Virus record (IMG/VR): IMGVR_UViG_3300021399_000002
Location: 64,001-128,000 of that record
Length of the DNA: 64,000 bases
Origin: a virus
Taxonomy: Duplodnaviria > Caudoviricetes
Direction: 5' to 3' (one strand)
Shown piece after piece: positions 47,677 to 57,683 of this stretch (position 1 is the first letter of the stretch; each line of letters begins with the position of its first letter). Made by a program: the position numbers and the translations under genes. The notes below the pieces were generated by a model that was given only the letters and a program-made list of their open reading frames with translations, searched no databases and was not told the DNA's origin.

Positions 47677-48771
47677 GAACAATTAAAGGTTATGTCCTCT
47701 AACACTACTTTTCCGCTAATCAGCGGGGTCATAGAAATATGGCTAACGAGGAACACTGACTGTCAATGATAAATTATTGGCGAATAATTTTGAGAAAAAA
47801 GTGAATCTCGTGGGAAAATTTTACTAAAGTTATTTATCATTAAAATCACATATCCTATGGAGGTGATATCAATGATATTTAATTATTATAAAATCACAAA
47901 TAAAATAAACAATAGAGTTTATATCGGCATTACTGAATTGCCAGTAGAAAAACGATTTATTTAGCATAAAAAGATGTTAAATAATAACACACATCCTAAT
48001 TATCATTTACAACCAGATTGGAATAAATATGGTGAAAGTAATTTCTCATTTGAATTATTAGAAACAAGAGAATATGATAATTTAGAAGATGGTTATTATC
48101 ATGAATATGAATTAATTTCAAATTCAACTCTGGAATTATATAATATATAGCCCGGTGGAATAGTGAATCCAATAAAGAATATAGAATCATATGAAAAAAT
48201 GGTTCAGACTAAGCAAGCGGCAGTTCCAAATGTATATTGCTTAGAAGAAATTTCAGAAAATTGTTTTAAAATTATTGGAATTTATCCTTCACAAAAAGCC
48301 GCGGCAAAAGAAAACTCTAATTGGCATCAAGGTACTATAAATAAAGCTATTAAAGGGCATATAAAAGGGTCAGGTTATTATTGGGTATTAGAATAGGATA
48401 TTCAAGATGGACTAAAAAATTGGCGGCCAATTAGAACAAAAATGCGCCCAACTGCTTTATTAGATGATAAAGGAAATATTATAGAAGTTCATCATAATGC
48501 CAGAGAATTTGAAAAAATAAATGAATACAAGCCAGGAGTTATTTCTGCAAGTATATGTCATGGTAATAAATGTTTTGGAAAACAATACAAATATATTTCA
48601 GAAGAATTATATTATGAATTAATGCCAATAACTTTAGTAAAATAAACCTGTAACGACTATCTCCTTTCAACGGAGAGTACAACTTCTATTGATACGAAGT
48701 TGGAAAGAGTAGTGGCCCTCTTGCAAAGGGTTAAAAAATAGTCTACACCATTAGAAATAATGGATAAAGTG
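47677..48771 (+). mobile_element. group I intron
   Basis: Exon GAGGAU pairs IGS GUCCUC (47694) with U.G wobble; P3 CACTACTTTT/AAGAGTAGTG; P7 GACTAT/ATAGTC; terminal G; splicing restores RED|VILMM in frame. Confidence 0.9.
47872..48645 (+). CDS. intron-encoded GIY-YIG homing endonuclease (3 TAG=Gln)
   Basis: NYYKITN..N..VYIG.T...RF.(Q)H, LQ.DWNKYG; NUMOD-like C-terminal repeats; GGAGG RBS. Confidence 0.88.
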
Positions 48772-49251
48772 GTAATCTTAATGATGATGGCGAATCAGTT
48801 AAAACAACTTGCAAAAGATTATAATATCTTTATCTCATCAGCAACTCAGGTAAATGCACTTGGAATGGAGAATGATGAGATGGAGTTTAAAGATGAAAAA
48901 AGTATTCGTGGCGCAAAAAGCATAGCTGATAAAGCAGATATGGGATATGTAATGACTCGTATTTCAGAAAAAGGATGGCTATCATTAAAAGCTGGTTTGA
49001 AAGTGGCAGTTCGTGATGGCACAATTAAACCAGAGTGTATTGAAGATTCAACTCGTCCAACTCATGTATTAGATATTTATAAAATGCGGCGTGGCCGCTA
49101 TAAAATGATAAGAATTTGGATAAGATTACATTTAGGTACAGGAGAAAGAGAAGATTTATTTATTACAAATGCTTTGAATCAGCCTATTCCAGAACCGATT
49201 GATTTATTCTCAAGTGCAAGTGAACGAGCAATTAGTATGGAGAAAGGATAA
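48772..49251 (+). CDS. dnaB: DnaB-like helicase, exon 2
   Basis: LKQLAK, ATQVN, IRGAKSIADKAD, K.RRG. Confidence 0.85.
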   Translation, partial: VILMMMANQLKQLAKDYNIFISSATQVNALGMENDEMEFKDEKSIRGAKSIADKADMGYVMTRISEKGWLSLKAGLKVAVRDGTIKPECIEDSTRPTHVLDIYKMRRGRYKMIRIWIRLHLGTGEREDLFITNALNQPIPEPIDLFSSASERAISMEKG

Positions 49252-49256
49252 TATAA

Positions 49257-50378
49257 ATGACAGCATCATTACAAGGACTTGATCCAGAACTAGATTTGTT
49301 GGATGTAAGTATTCAAGATATAATAGATTCTATTACTCTAGATGATGTAAAAACATTTTTGGAAAGTTTAGGCGTAGATCAAATTGCGGTATATGAAGAT
49401 AAAGGATATTTAGTTTGTCCAACAATTTGTCATAATCCACTGGATGAAGCCGAATCAATGAAGTTATATTGGTATCAGAATAATAAAATATTTAGATGTT
49501 ATACAGAATGTAATGAAGCGATGTCAATCTTTACTTTATATCAAAAGTTTATGAGAATAAATTATCATAGAGTAGAGTTTGAAGAAGCAGTAGATTATGT
49601 AAAGAAATGTATTAAGCATATTACAATTTCTAACCATAAGAAATATAAATCCGATATTAACTTTGAACAATATAAGTTTGATTCTTCTATTCCTCAATTA
49701 ACTGAATATCCAAAGGAAATGTTAAGTTATTTTCTTCCTTATCATCATCCTTTGTGGCTTAAAGATGGAATCAAACCTGAAGTCATGGATAAATTCCATA
49801 TTGGATTTTTGAATGCTCAAAATAAGATAACGATTCCACATTTTGATATTAATGGCCGATTGGTAGGTATTCGCGCGCGAACACTTAATCCCGAAGAAGC
49901 GGAAGAATATGGAAAATATCGGCCAGTACAAATTGGTCAAACATTATATGCACATCCATTACATTTTAACTTATATGGTATATATGAACATCAAGATGCA
50001 ATTAGAAAGCGCAGAAGTGCAATAATTGCAGAAGGTGAAAAATCAGTATTATTGGATGAAGGATATTATGGTGAATACGCAAATGCAGTGGCATGTTGCG
50101 GATCAATGATAAATAAATTTCATGTGAGCTTGTTAACTAATATTCTCGGCGCAAATGAAATTACAATTGCTTTTGATAAAGAATATGAAGATTGGCGCTC
50201 AAATGAGGCACGAGAATATCGTACAAAAATAGAGAATATGTGTAGAAAATTTCAAGGGCAAGCAACATTTTATTATATATGGGATATGGATAATCTTTTA
50301 GGATATAAGGATTCTCCATTTGATAGAGGTAAAGAAGTTTTTGAAGAACTTTATAAACATAGAATAAAAGTAAGATAA
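49257..50378 (+). CDS. dnaG: DNA primase
   Basis: Zn-binding CH...CYTEC, IPH.D..G.LVGIR.R, TOPRIM EGEKS, AFD. Confidence 0.85.
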   Translation: MTASLQGLDPELDLLDVSIQDIIDSITLDDVKTFLESLGVDQIAVYEDKGYLVCPTICHNPLDEAESMKLYWYQNNKIFRCYTECNEAMSIFTLYQKFMRINYHRVEFEEAVDYVKKCIKHITISNHKKYKSDINFEQYKFDSSIPQLTEYPKEMLSYFLPYHHPLWLKDGIKPEVMDKFHIGFLNAQNKITIPHFDINGRLVGIRARTLNPEEAEEYGKYRPVQIGQTLYAHPLHFNLYGIYEHQDAIRKRRSAIIAEGEKSVLLDEGYYGEYANAVACCGSMINKFHVSLLTNILGANEITIAFDKEYEDWRSNEAREYRTKIENMCRKFQGQATFYYIWDMDNLLGYKDSPFDRGKEVFEELYKHRIKVR

Positions 50379-50390
50379 GGAGAACAGAAA

Positions 50391-50600
50391 ATGAAATGGG
50401 ATGAATTTAATAAAATGATATCTATTGATGCATAGGAAATGAAACCACGCTCACAAGTAAACATTGAATGTCCGAGATGCGGGGCAAAACTATTTCGTAG
50501 AAATGATATAATTTTAACTTCGAACCCTCCACAATATCAATATGAATGTGATAAGTGTAATTGGGTAGGATATTCTCATAACGCGGGTGATATGCTATGA
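50391..50600 (+). CDS. small Zn-ribbon protein (1 TAG=Gln)
   Basis: CPRCG...LTS.PPQY.YECDKC; AAGGAG RBS, ATGA overlap. Confidence 0.7.
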
Positions 50601-52369
50601 GATATAGATTAAGAAAAGAATATAGTACAAATCCAGATAAAGCACTAAAAGAACTCCTACAAGATAGAGGAGTTCAAGATATAGAACAATTTATGAATCC
50701 TAGTATATTATGTGAAAACGATCCATATCAATTAAAGAATATTGATACCGCCGCGGAGATGCTACTTCATCATTTGCGCGAAAAGCATAAAATTCTCTTT
50801 ATTGTAGACGCTGATACAGATGGATTTACATCAAGTGCAATTCTCTGGCTATATATTAAACATATTTTTCCAGAAATAGAATTAGAGTTTACTGTACATG
50901 ATCATAAGCAACATGGACTTAATGATAAAGTAGATTGGATTACAGATGAAGCACGTTGGGATTTAGTAATTTTACCAGATGCGGGTTCATATGATGTGAA
51001 AGAGCATCGTTTACTTGGCGAAATGGGTATGGATGTTATTTGTTTAGACCATCATGAACAGTTATATGATGACAAAGGTAATCCAGTTACTTCTAATCTT
51101 CCAACGACTATTGTAGTAAATAATCAGTTATCACCAGACTATCCAAATAAGTCATTATGTGGTGCAGGTGTTGTCTATAAGTTCTGTGAAGTTCTAGATG
51201 CAAAATTAGGAATAGATCAAGCACATAATTATATAGATTTAGCTGCACTTGGGGAAATTGCGGATGTAATGGATAGAACGAATATAGAGACTAACTATAT
51301 TATGATGGAAGGATTAAAGAACATCCATAATGAGGGCTTTAAAACACTTATCGAATCTCAAGCATATTCATTAAAAGATAAAGCCGTCTCGCCTTATAAT
51401 GGCTTAACTCCTATTGATATTGCCTTCTATATTGCTCCACTTATTAATGCTATTACACGTGTAGGAACACTTGCAGAAAAAGAAGCAATGTTTTATTGTT
51501 TTATTGAGCCGAATAGAGCAATGCAGAGTACTAAACGTGGTGCGCGTCCAGGAGATATTGAATATGCAGCTGAGCAGACCGCACGAGTAGGTAAGAATGC
51601 TAAAGCACGGCAAGATAGATTAAAAGAGCAGGCTATGGGTATTGTAGATTTTAAGATTCAGAAAGATGGCTTAGATGATAATAATATTATTCTTGTAGAA
51701 TTAGACGCTATGGATAATATTCCACAAGAGCTTACTGGCTTAATTGCAATGAATGTAGTAAGTAAATATCATAAACCTGTTATGATTGGTCGCCGCAATA
51801 ATGATAATGAAATTCAAGGTAGTATTCGTTCTGATGGGAATTTTGCTGGACTACCCAGCTTTAAGAAGTTCTTGGAAGATAGTGGATTAGTGACATATAC
51901 CGCTGGACATGATAATGCCGCAGGCTGGGGATTAAATGGCGATAAATTAGATTCTCTATTAAATTATGCTAATACGCATCTAAGCGCAAAAGACTTTGAA
52001 AATTGTTATATTGTAGATTATGTTCTAGATGGTAATGATTATAATGATGAATTACTTAGTTGTCTTGCTTCACATCCAGAATATTTTGGTAATCATATTG
52101 AAGAGCCAATGATTGTTATTAAGGATATCCCATTAATGAATGTTATGGTTATGGGAGCAAGTAAAGATAGTATTAAGATTTCATATAATGGTATTGACTA
52201 TGTGAAGTTTAAAGATACAGATTTCATTGAAGAGGTTATGAATAATAGAACTAAGAAATTAACTGTATATGGACGCGCGAACCTTAATGAATGGATGGGC
52301 AAACAATCAGTCTAGATTTTCATTAGTGATTATGAGCTAACGGAAGACAGCAGTAAATATGACTTTTGA
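50597..52369 (+). CDS. recJ: RecJ-like DHH ssDNA exonuclease (1 TAG=Gln near the C-terminus)
   Basis: DADTDG, DHH, LCGAGV, IADVM, GS.R, GH..AAG; (TAG)IFISDYE tail. Confidence 0.9.
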
Positions 52370-52394
52370 CAAATGTTGAATTTTATGATATAAT
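52366..52394 (+). promoter_or_regulatory. sigmaA-type promoter
   Basis: TTGACA-17-TATAAT with TG. Confidence 0.8.
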
Positions 52395-52419
52395 AGATAT
52401 AGATAAAGGAAGTGAGTAA

Positions 52420-55400
52420 ATGTCGAAATATCCAGGTAGTATGCATAATCACACGATGTATAGTAACGAAACTCTTCGTGATTGTATTAATCGTGTTGAA
52501 GGCCTAATTGATTTAGCAATTGAACTCGGACACGAATGTATTGCAATCACTGACCATGAAACTATATCAAGTTATATTAAGGCAGAAAAGTATTATAAGA
52601 AAATTAAAGAAACACATCCAGATTTTAAGTTAATTCGCGGTAATGAAATATATCTTACTCGTAATGGTTTAACTGCGAAAAACTTTGATAAAACGAAGGA
52701 TAAATATTTTCACTTTATTCTTCTTGCAAAAGATAAGATTGGATATAAACAAATTTGTCAATTATCTACAAGGGCATGGCAGCGTTCATATATGAGTCGG
52801 CGCCAGCGCAGACGGCCAACTTATTATCAAGATTTAAAAGATATTGTAAAGCCAAATCCAGGGCACTTGATAGCATCAAGTGCTTGTTTGGGTTCTCAAT
52901 TAGATAAATTCTTACTTCAATATATGGATACGGGTGATGAAGAATTTTATGAAACTGCAAAGCGTTGGTGTTTATATATTGAAGATATCTTTGGGAAAGG
53001 TAATTTCTATTTGGAGATGCAACCTTCAAATGGAAAAGAACAAATATTTGTTAATAAGCAATTATTAAAGATTTCAAAAGAACTTGGAATTAAATATATT
53101 ATAACAACTGATAGTCATTATGGGCGGCCGGAAGAAGCTAAAATTCATGAAGCGTTTCTTAATTCACAAGATGGTGATAGAGAAGTTCGTTCATTTTATG
53201 CGACAACATATATGATGAATGACGAAGAAATTCATAGTTTCTTCCCATATTTATCTGAAGAAGAAATTGAAGTCGCGTATGATGCAATTAGAGAGATAAA
53301 AGATAAGTGTGAAGATTTTAGTGTATTGAAACCATTGAAAATCCCAAGTCTTCCATGGCGCGAGTTTGATATGTTTGAAGAAGAAGATTATGAATATTAT
53401 TTTTCAGTAATACCGGAATTAGAAAAATTCTCTTCTTCACTATATAAAGCAGATAGGATATTGGTAGATGCGGTTATCACTGGTATTAAAAAGCATGAAG
53501 ATTTACAAAATGAAGAAGCTTATGCCGCATTAAATGAATGTCTAGAAATGACTTGGATTTCTTCAGAAGTAAATAAAGCACAATGGTCAGCATATTTCTT
53601 AAATCTACAAAAGATTATAGATGAATGTTGGAATGCGGGAACGATTGTATTGCCAGCACGCGGGTCTGGTATGGGATTCGTATTACTTTATGCGCTTGAT
53701 ATTATTCAGATTGATTGCTTGCGTGAGAAAACCCGAACCTACCCTTGGCGCTTTCTTAATCCAGCTCGTGTTTCCGTGCTTGACATTGATGTTGATATTG
53801 AGGGCGTTCGTAGAGCACAGACTTTGGAGCATTTGAGAAAGGTGTATGGAGAAAATCGAGTATCAAATGTTGCTACTTTTAAGACAGAAAAGTCAAAGTC
53901 AGCTATTCAAACTGCTTGTCGCGGTTTAGGTATAGATAATGATGAAGCATCTTATATTTCTAATCTTATTCAGGCAGAGCGCGGTCAGGTTTATACATTA
54001 AAGCAAACTTATTATGGTGATGAAGAAAATGGAATTCCACCAAATCAGACTTTTGTAAATGAAGTTAATAAACATCCTGGACTTTGGGAAGTTGCTCAAA
54101 GAATTGAAGGCTTGATTTGTGGTCAGGGTATTCATGCAGGCGGTGTTGTATTTACAGATGAAGATTTTACAGAATCTAGCGCATTAATGCGCGCGCCCGA
54201 TGGTACAATCATTACACAGTTTGAATTACATGACCTTGAAGATGTTTCAATGATTAAGATGGACTTGTTAAGTGTTGAAGCAGCCGATAAGATTCATACA
54301 TGTTTGGATTTGTTAGTAGAACAGGGATATATTAAGGCTGGTAAAAATCTTAGAGAAACATATGAAAATGCGCTTGGCGTTTATAAAATAAATCGTGATG
54401 ACGAGAAAATGTGGGATATGGTTCAAAATCATGAAATTGTATCTTTGTTTCAAATGGAACAACAGAGTGGCGTGCGCGGTATTTCATTAACACATCCACG
54501 AAGTGTAGACGAACTTGCAGTTCTTAATTCAGTTATTCGTCTAATGGCCACTGAAAAAGGTGCAGAAAGTCCATTGGATAAGTATGCACGATTTAGGGAA
54601 AGGCCGCAAGATTGGGATAAAGAAATGATTCAGATGGGCCTTACAGATGAAGAGCGTAAGATTATGCATCGTGAATTAGATATCTCAGATGGTATGTCAA
54701 TCACACAAGAGCAGTTTATGCAGTTAGTACAATTGCCGGAATGCGGTGGTTGGGACTTACAGTTTGCGGATAAATTAAGAAAGTCTATAGCAAAGAAAAA
54801 TCCTAAAGAGTATGATGCATTAACAAAACAATTCTTTGATAATGTAAAAGAAAAAGGATTGAGCGAAAAGTTTTGTAATTATGTATGGAATATTGAGATT
54901 GCATTGAGCCGTGGATATGGATTTAATGCGGCGCATACATATTCATATTCAATGGTCGCATTACAAGAAATGAATCTTGCACGCTTCTTCCCTATTATAT
55001 TCTGGAATACCGCAAATCTTATTGTAGATAGTGGTGGCATTCAAACTGTTGAATATGATGAAGATGGTGAGGCATCTTTAGTAGTTGAAGCAGAACCAGA
55101 TGAAGATCCAGATGAAGAAGAAGAAGAACAAGAAGAATGGGAAGAAGAGAATGAAGTAACCGAGGGTGAAAAAGAAGATAAGAAAAAAGAGAAAACCAAG
55201 AGTATGGATTATGGTAAGGTTGCATCAGCAATCGGCCGATTTAGTACTTATGGAATTAAAGTTTCGCCGCCGAATATTAATGACTCTTCTTATACTTTCA
55301 CGCCTGTTGTTTCAAAAAATGAAATCTTATATGGACTTCGTGGTATAACAAGGTTATCAATCTCAATTATAAAAGATATTATGGATAAGCGTCCATTTAC

Positions 55401-56391
55401 TTCTATGGATGATTTCTTAGAAAGAGTTAAATTAAATAAGATTCAAATGTCTAACTTAATTAAATGTGGAGCATTTGATGAATTAGTAGGTTTACCTCGT
55501 GAAGAAATTATGGCAAAATATATTGATATGATTGCCGATAAAAAACAGAGATTGACATTACAGAATATGCAAATGCTTATTAATTATGATTTAATTCCAG
55601 AAGAACTTATCTTTTGTAAAAAGTTATTCTTATTTAATAAGTTTTTAAAGCAACAAAAGAAAGTTGAAAATTATCAATTAAATGATGCGGCAATTAACTT
55701 TATTGCGAATAACTTTAGTGCCGATTATATCTCAAATGGTGTAAGTATTTCTGCGGCGGTATGGGATAATCTATACCAGCGTGGTATGGATCCAATGCGT
55801 ATGTACTTAAAGAAAAATAAAGATGAGGTACTGAATAAATTAAACAAAGCATTATATGATGAGATGTTTAATAAATATGCGGCGGGAAATATATCACATT
55901 GGGAAATGGAATCTGTTTCATTTTATAGTCATCCACATGAATTAGCAGATTCTCAATATTTATATGATGATTTCTTTAAATTGCCAGAAGAACCAGAAAT
56001 CGATTATACATTCACTGGCAAAGATGGCAATGAAGTTAGAATATATAAATTAAGACGAATTATTGGCACAGTTATTGATAAAAATAAGATGAAGAATACT
56101 ATAACATTGTTGACGCCAACTGGCGTAGTTAATGTTAAAGTATATAAGAATCAATATGCAATGTTTGATAAACGACTATCTCAGAAAGGTGTTGATGGGC
56201 GCAAACATGTAATAGAAAATAGTTGGTTCTCCAGAGGTACATTATTAATGGTTCAGGGAATCCGGCGCGAAAGCGATTTCATTCCTAAAAAACGAAAAGA
56301 TAGTTTTTATCCTGTAATTTCTAAAATTACAGCAATACATGATGATGGAACTTTAGAGTTCCAGACAGAACGAGTTGAGGTGAATGAATGA
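52420..56391 (+). CDS. dnaE: DNA polymerase III alpha subunit
   Basis: PHP HNHT.YS, AITDH; RGSG, DIDVD, HAGG, KMDLL, GYGFN.AH. Confidence 0.95.
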   Translation: MSKYPGSMHNHTMYSNETLRDCINRVEGLIDLAIELGHECIAITDHETISSYIKAEKYYKKIKETHPDFKLIRGNEIYLTRNGLTAKNFDKTKDKYFHFILLAKDKIGYKQICQLSTRAWQRSYMSRRQRRRPTYYQDLKDIVKPNPGHLIASSACLGSQLDKFLLQYMDTGDEEFYETAKRWCLYIEDIFGKGNFYLEMQPSNGKEQIFVNKQLLKISKELGIKYIITTDSHYGRPEEAKIHEAFLNSQDGDREVRSFYATTYMMNDEEIHSFFPYLSEEEIEVAYDAIREIKDKCEDFSVLKPLKIPSLPWREFDMFEEEDYEYYFSVIPELEKFSSSLYKADRILVDAVITGIKKHEDLQNEEAYAALNECLEMTWISSEVNKAQWSAYFLNLQKIIDECWNAGTIVLPARGSGMGFVLLYALDIIQIDCLREKTRTYPWRFLNPARVSVLDIDVDIEGVRRAQTLEHLRKVYGENRVSNVATFKTEKSKSAIQTACRGLGIDNDEASYISNLIQAERGQVYTLKQTYYGDEENGIPPNQTFVNEVNKHPGLWEVAQRIEGLICGQGIHAGGVVFTDEDFTESSALMRAPDGTIITQFELHDLEDVSMIKMDLLSVEAADKIHTCLDLLVEQGYIKAGKNLRETYENALGVYKINRDDEKMWDMVQNHEIVSLFQMEQQSGVRGISLTHPRSVDELAVLNSVIRLMATEKGAESPLDKYARFRERPQDWDKEMIQMGLTDEERKIMHRELDISDGMSITQEQFMQLVQLPECGGWDLQFADKLRKSIAKKNPKEYDALTKQFFDNVKEKGLSEKFCNYVWNIEIALSRGYGFNAAHTYSYSMVALQEMNLARFFPIIFWNTANLIVDSGGIQTVEYDEDGEASLVVEAEPDEDPDEEEEEQEEWEEENEVTEGEKEDKKKEKTKSMDYGKVASAIGRFSTYGIKVSPPNINDSSYTFTPVVSKNEILYGLRGITRLSISIIKDIMDKRPFTSMDDFLERVKLNKIQMSNLIKCGAFDELVGLPREEIMAKYIDMIADKKQRLTLQNMQMLINYDLIPEELIFCKKLFLFNKFLKQQKKVENYQLNDAAINFIANNFSADYISNGVSISAAVWDNLYQRGMDPMRMYLKKNKDEVLNKLNKALYDEMFNKYAAGNISHWEMESVSFYSHPHELADSQYLYDDFFKLPEEPEIDYTFTGKDGNEVRIYKLRRIIGTVIDKNKMKNTITLLTPTGVVNVKVYKNQYAMFDKRLSQKGVDGRKHVIENSWFSRGTLLMVQGIRRESDFIPKKRKDSFYPVISKITAIHDDGTLEFQTERVEVNE

Positions 56392-57491
56392 TGATTGGCT
56401 TAGTAGATCTTTAGTTACAGAGTTGGCCAAAATCTCAACTTTGTCCTCCTAATCTTGAGATAATGAAGTTAGCTAATTATTATCAAACAGAAGAAAATAA
56501 GTTTTGTCGTTTAATAAATTTAGATGAAACTGAATTAACTAATTATGAAAAAATTTATATATTTAGTGAATCTAAAGAATATACTACGGTGCCCGAGGCT
56601 TTTCTTCGGGCGCCTAATGTGGTATACGGCGGTACTGCTTTTACAAATGGTATATATGTACCATTTAAAAATAAATTAATTGACTTTACATTACCACGCA
56701 CTCGTATATATCAAAATTTTCTTAAAGATAAGCGTATTGCAGGATTAGATGATAAAGAAATTGGAAAATTATTAGACAATTCTTATTATAGATGGCACGC
56801 GGGCAATGAAGTATTGCCGCTCCCTGCTGTTCATAAAAGACATAGATTTTATATTTATGATAATGATTTCTTTCAAGAGGGATGGAGAGAAGTTATTGAT
56901 AAAATCATGCAGCGAACTCCATCTTCAATACAATTTATTCATCCAGCACATTATAAGAAAATTTCAGACTTTTTGGAAGTGCGTGAAAATAGTTTAATTG
57001 CTCGCGGAAATGATGCATATTTAGATTTAAAGATTCCATTAAAAGAAACGCCAATTTTAATGAAACATTATAAGAACAGATTACTTGCAGTAATTCCGCC
57101 AAGTTCACAAGTTTACTTATCACTTGGTGGCTCATTCCACTATCAATCAGACTATTTTAAAGATATTATTTATAAACTTAATTTATTGTATGTATTTTGG
57201 AGTTGTGGTATTCCATTGAAAATAAAATATGAAGAGCCATCAATAGAATGCTATAACCCAATTACAGATATATCCAAGCTAATTGCAACTTGGACGCAAG
57301 GTGAAACAAGTAAATCTAAATCTATAGTAGAAAGGATTCCTAAAGACAAACGTATGACTGAAATTCGCCCCGAGCGCGAACAGCTTGAAATTATAATAAA
57401 AAAATATCCTTCTCAAAAGAACTTGTTTTATCAAAGCATGGAAACGGTTAAACAAGGAGGTTTTTGGAAATATGGAAACTACAGAAGTTAA
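56388..57491 (+). CDS. radical-SAM-related protein lacking CxxxCxxC (1 TAG=Gln)
   Basis: MIGLVD...PNL..MKL..YY N-terminus, GGT; no Fe-S triad. Confidence 0.5.
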
Positions 57492-57678
57492 AAAGAAGTA
57501 TGCAGAATTAAGTGCAGAATTAAAAAAAGAATTAAGTAGAATGCAGCGTACTGATAGGGTATTTACTATTAGAAATGAAATTAAAGCATTACAAGCACTA
57601 TGTACACATGATATAGGGAATTATGATTTTTCTAATGCTGATGAATGCCCCTATTGTGGAAAAAAGTTTAAGGGGTGA
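57472..57678 (+). CDS. small coiled-coil/Zn-binding protein
   Basis: C.H...CPYCG; AGGAGG RBS. Confidence 0.65.
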   Translation: METTEVKKKYAELSAELKKELSRMQRTDRVFTIRNEIKALQALCTHDIGNYDFSNADECPYCGKKFKG

Positions 57679-57683
57679 TTCAT

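Noticed and set aside
47677-47769. C-terminal 30 aa of the 46555-47769 ORF, and the MDKV start of 48760-49251
   Set aside because: Both are intron sequence read in frame.
55030-55210. Intein or insertion element in DnaE at the acidic E/D tract
   Set aside because: No intein terminal motifs and too short; it is a low-complexity loop.
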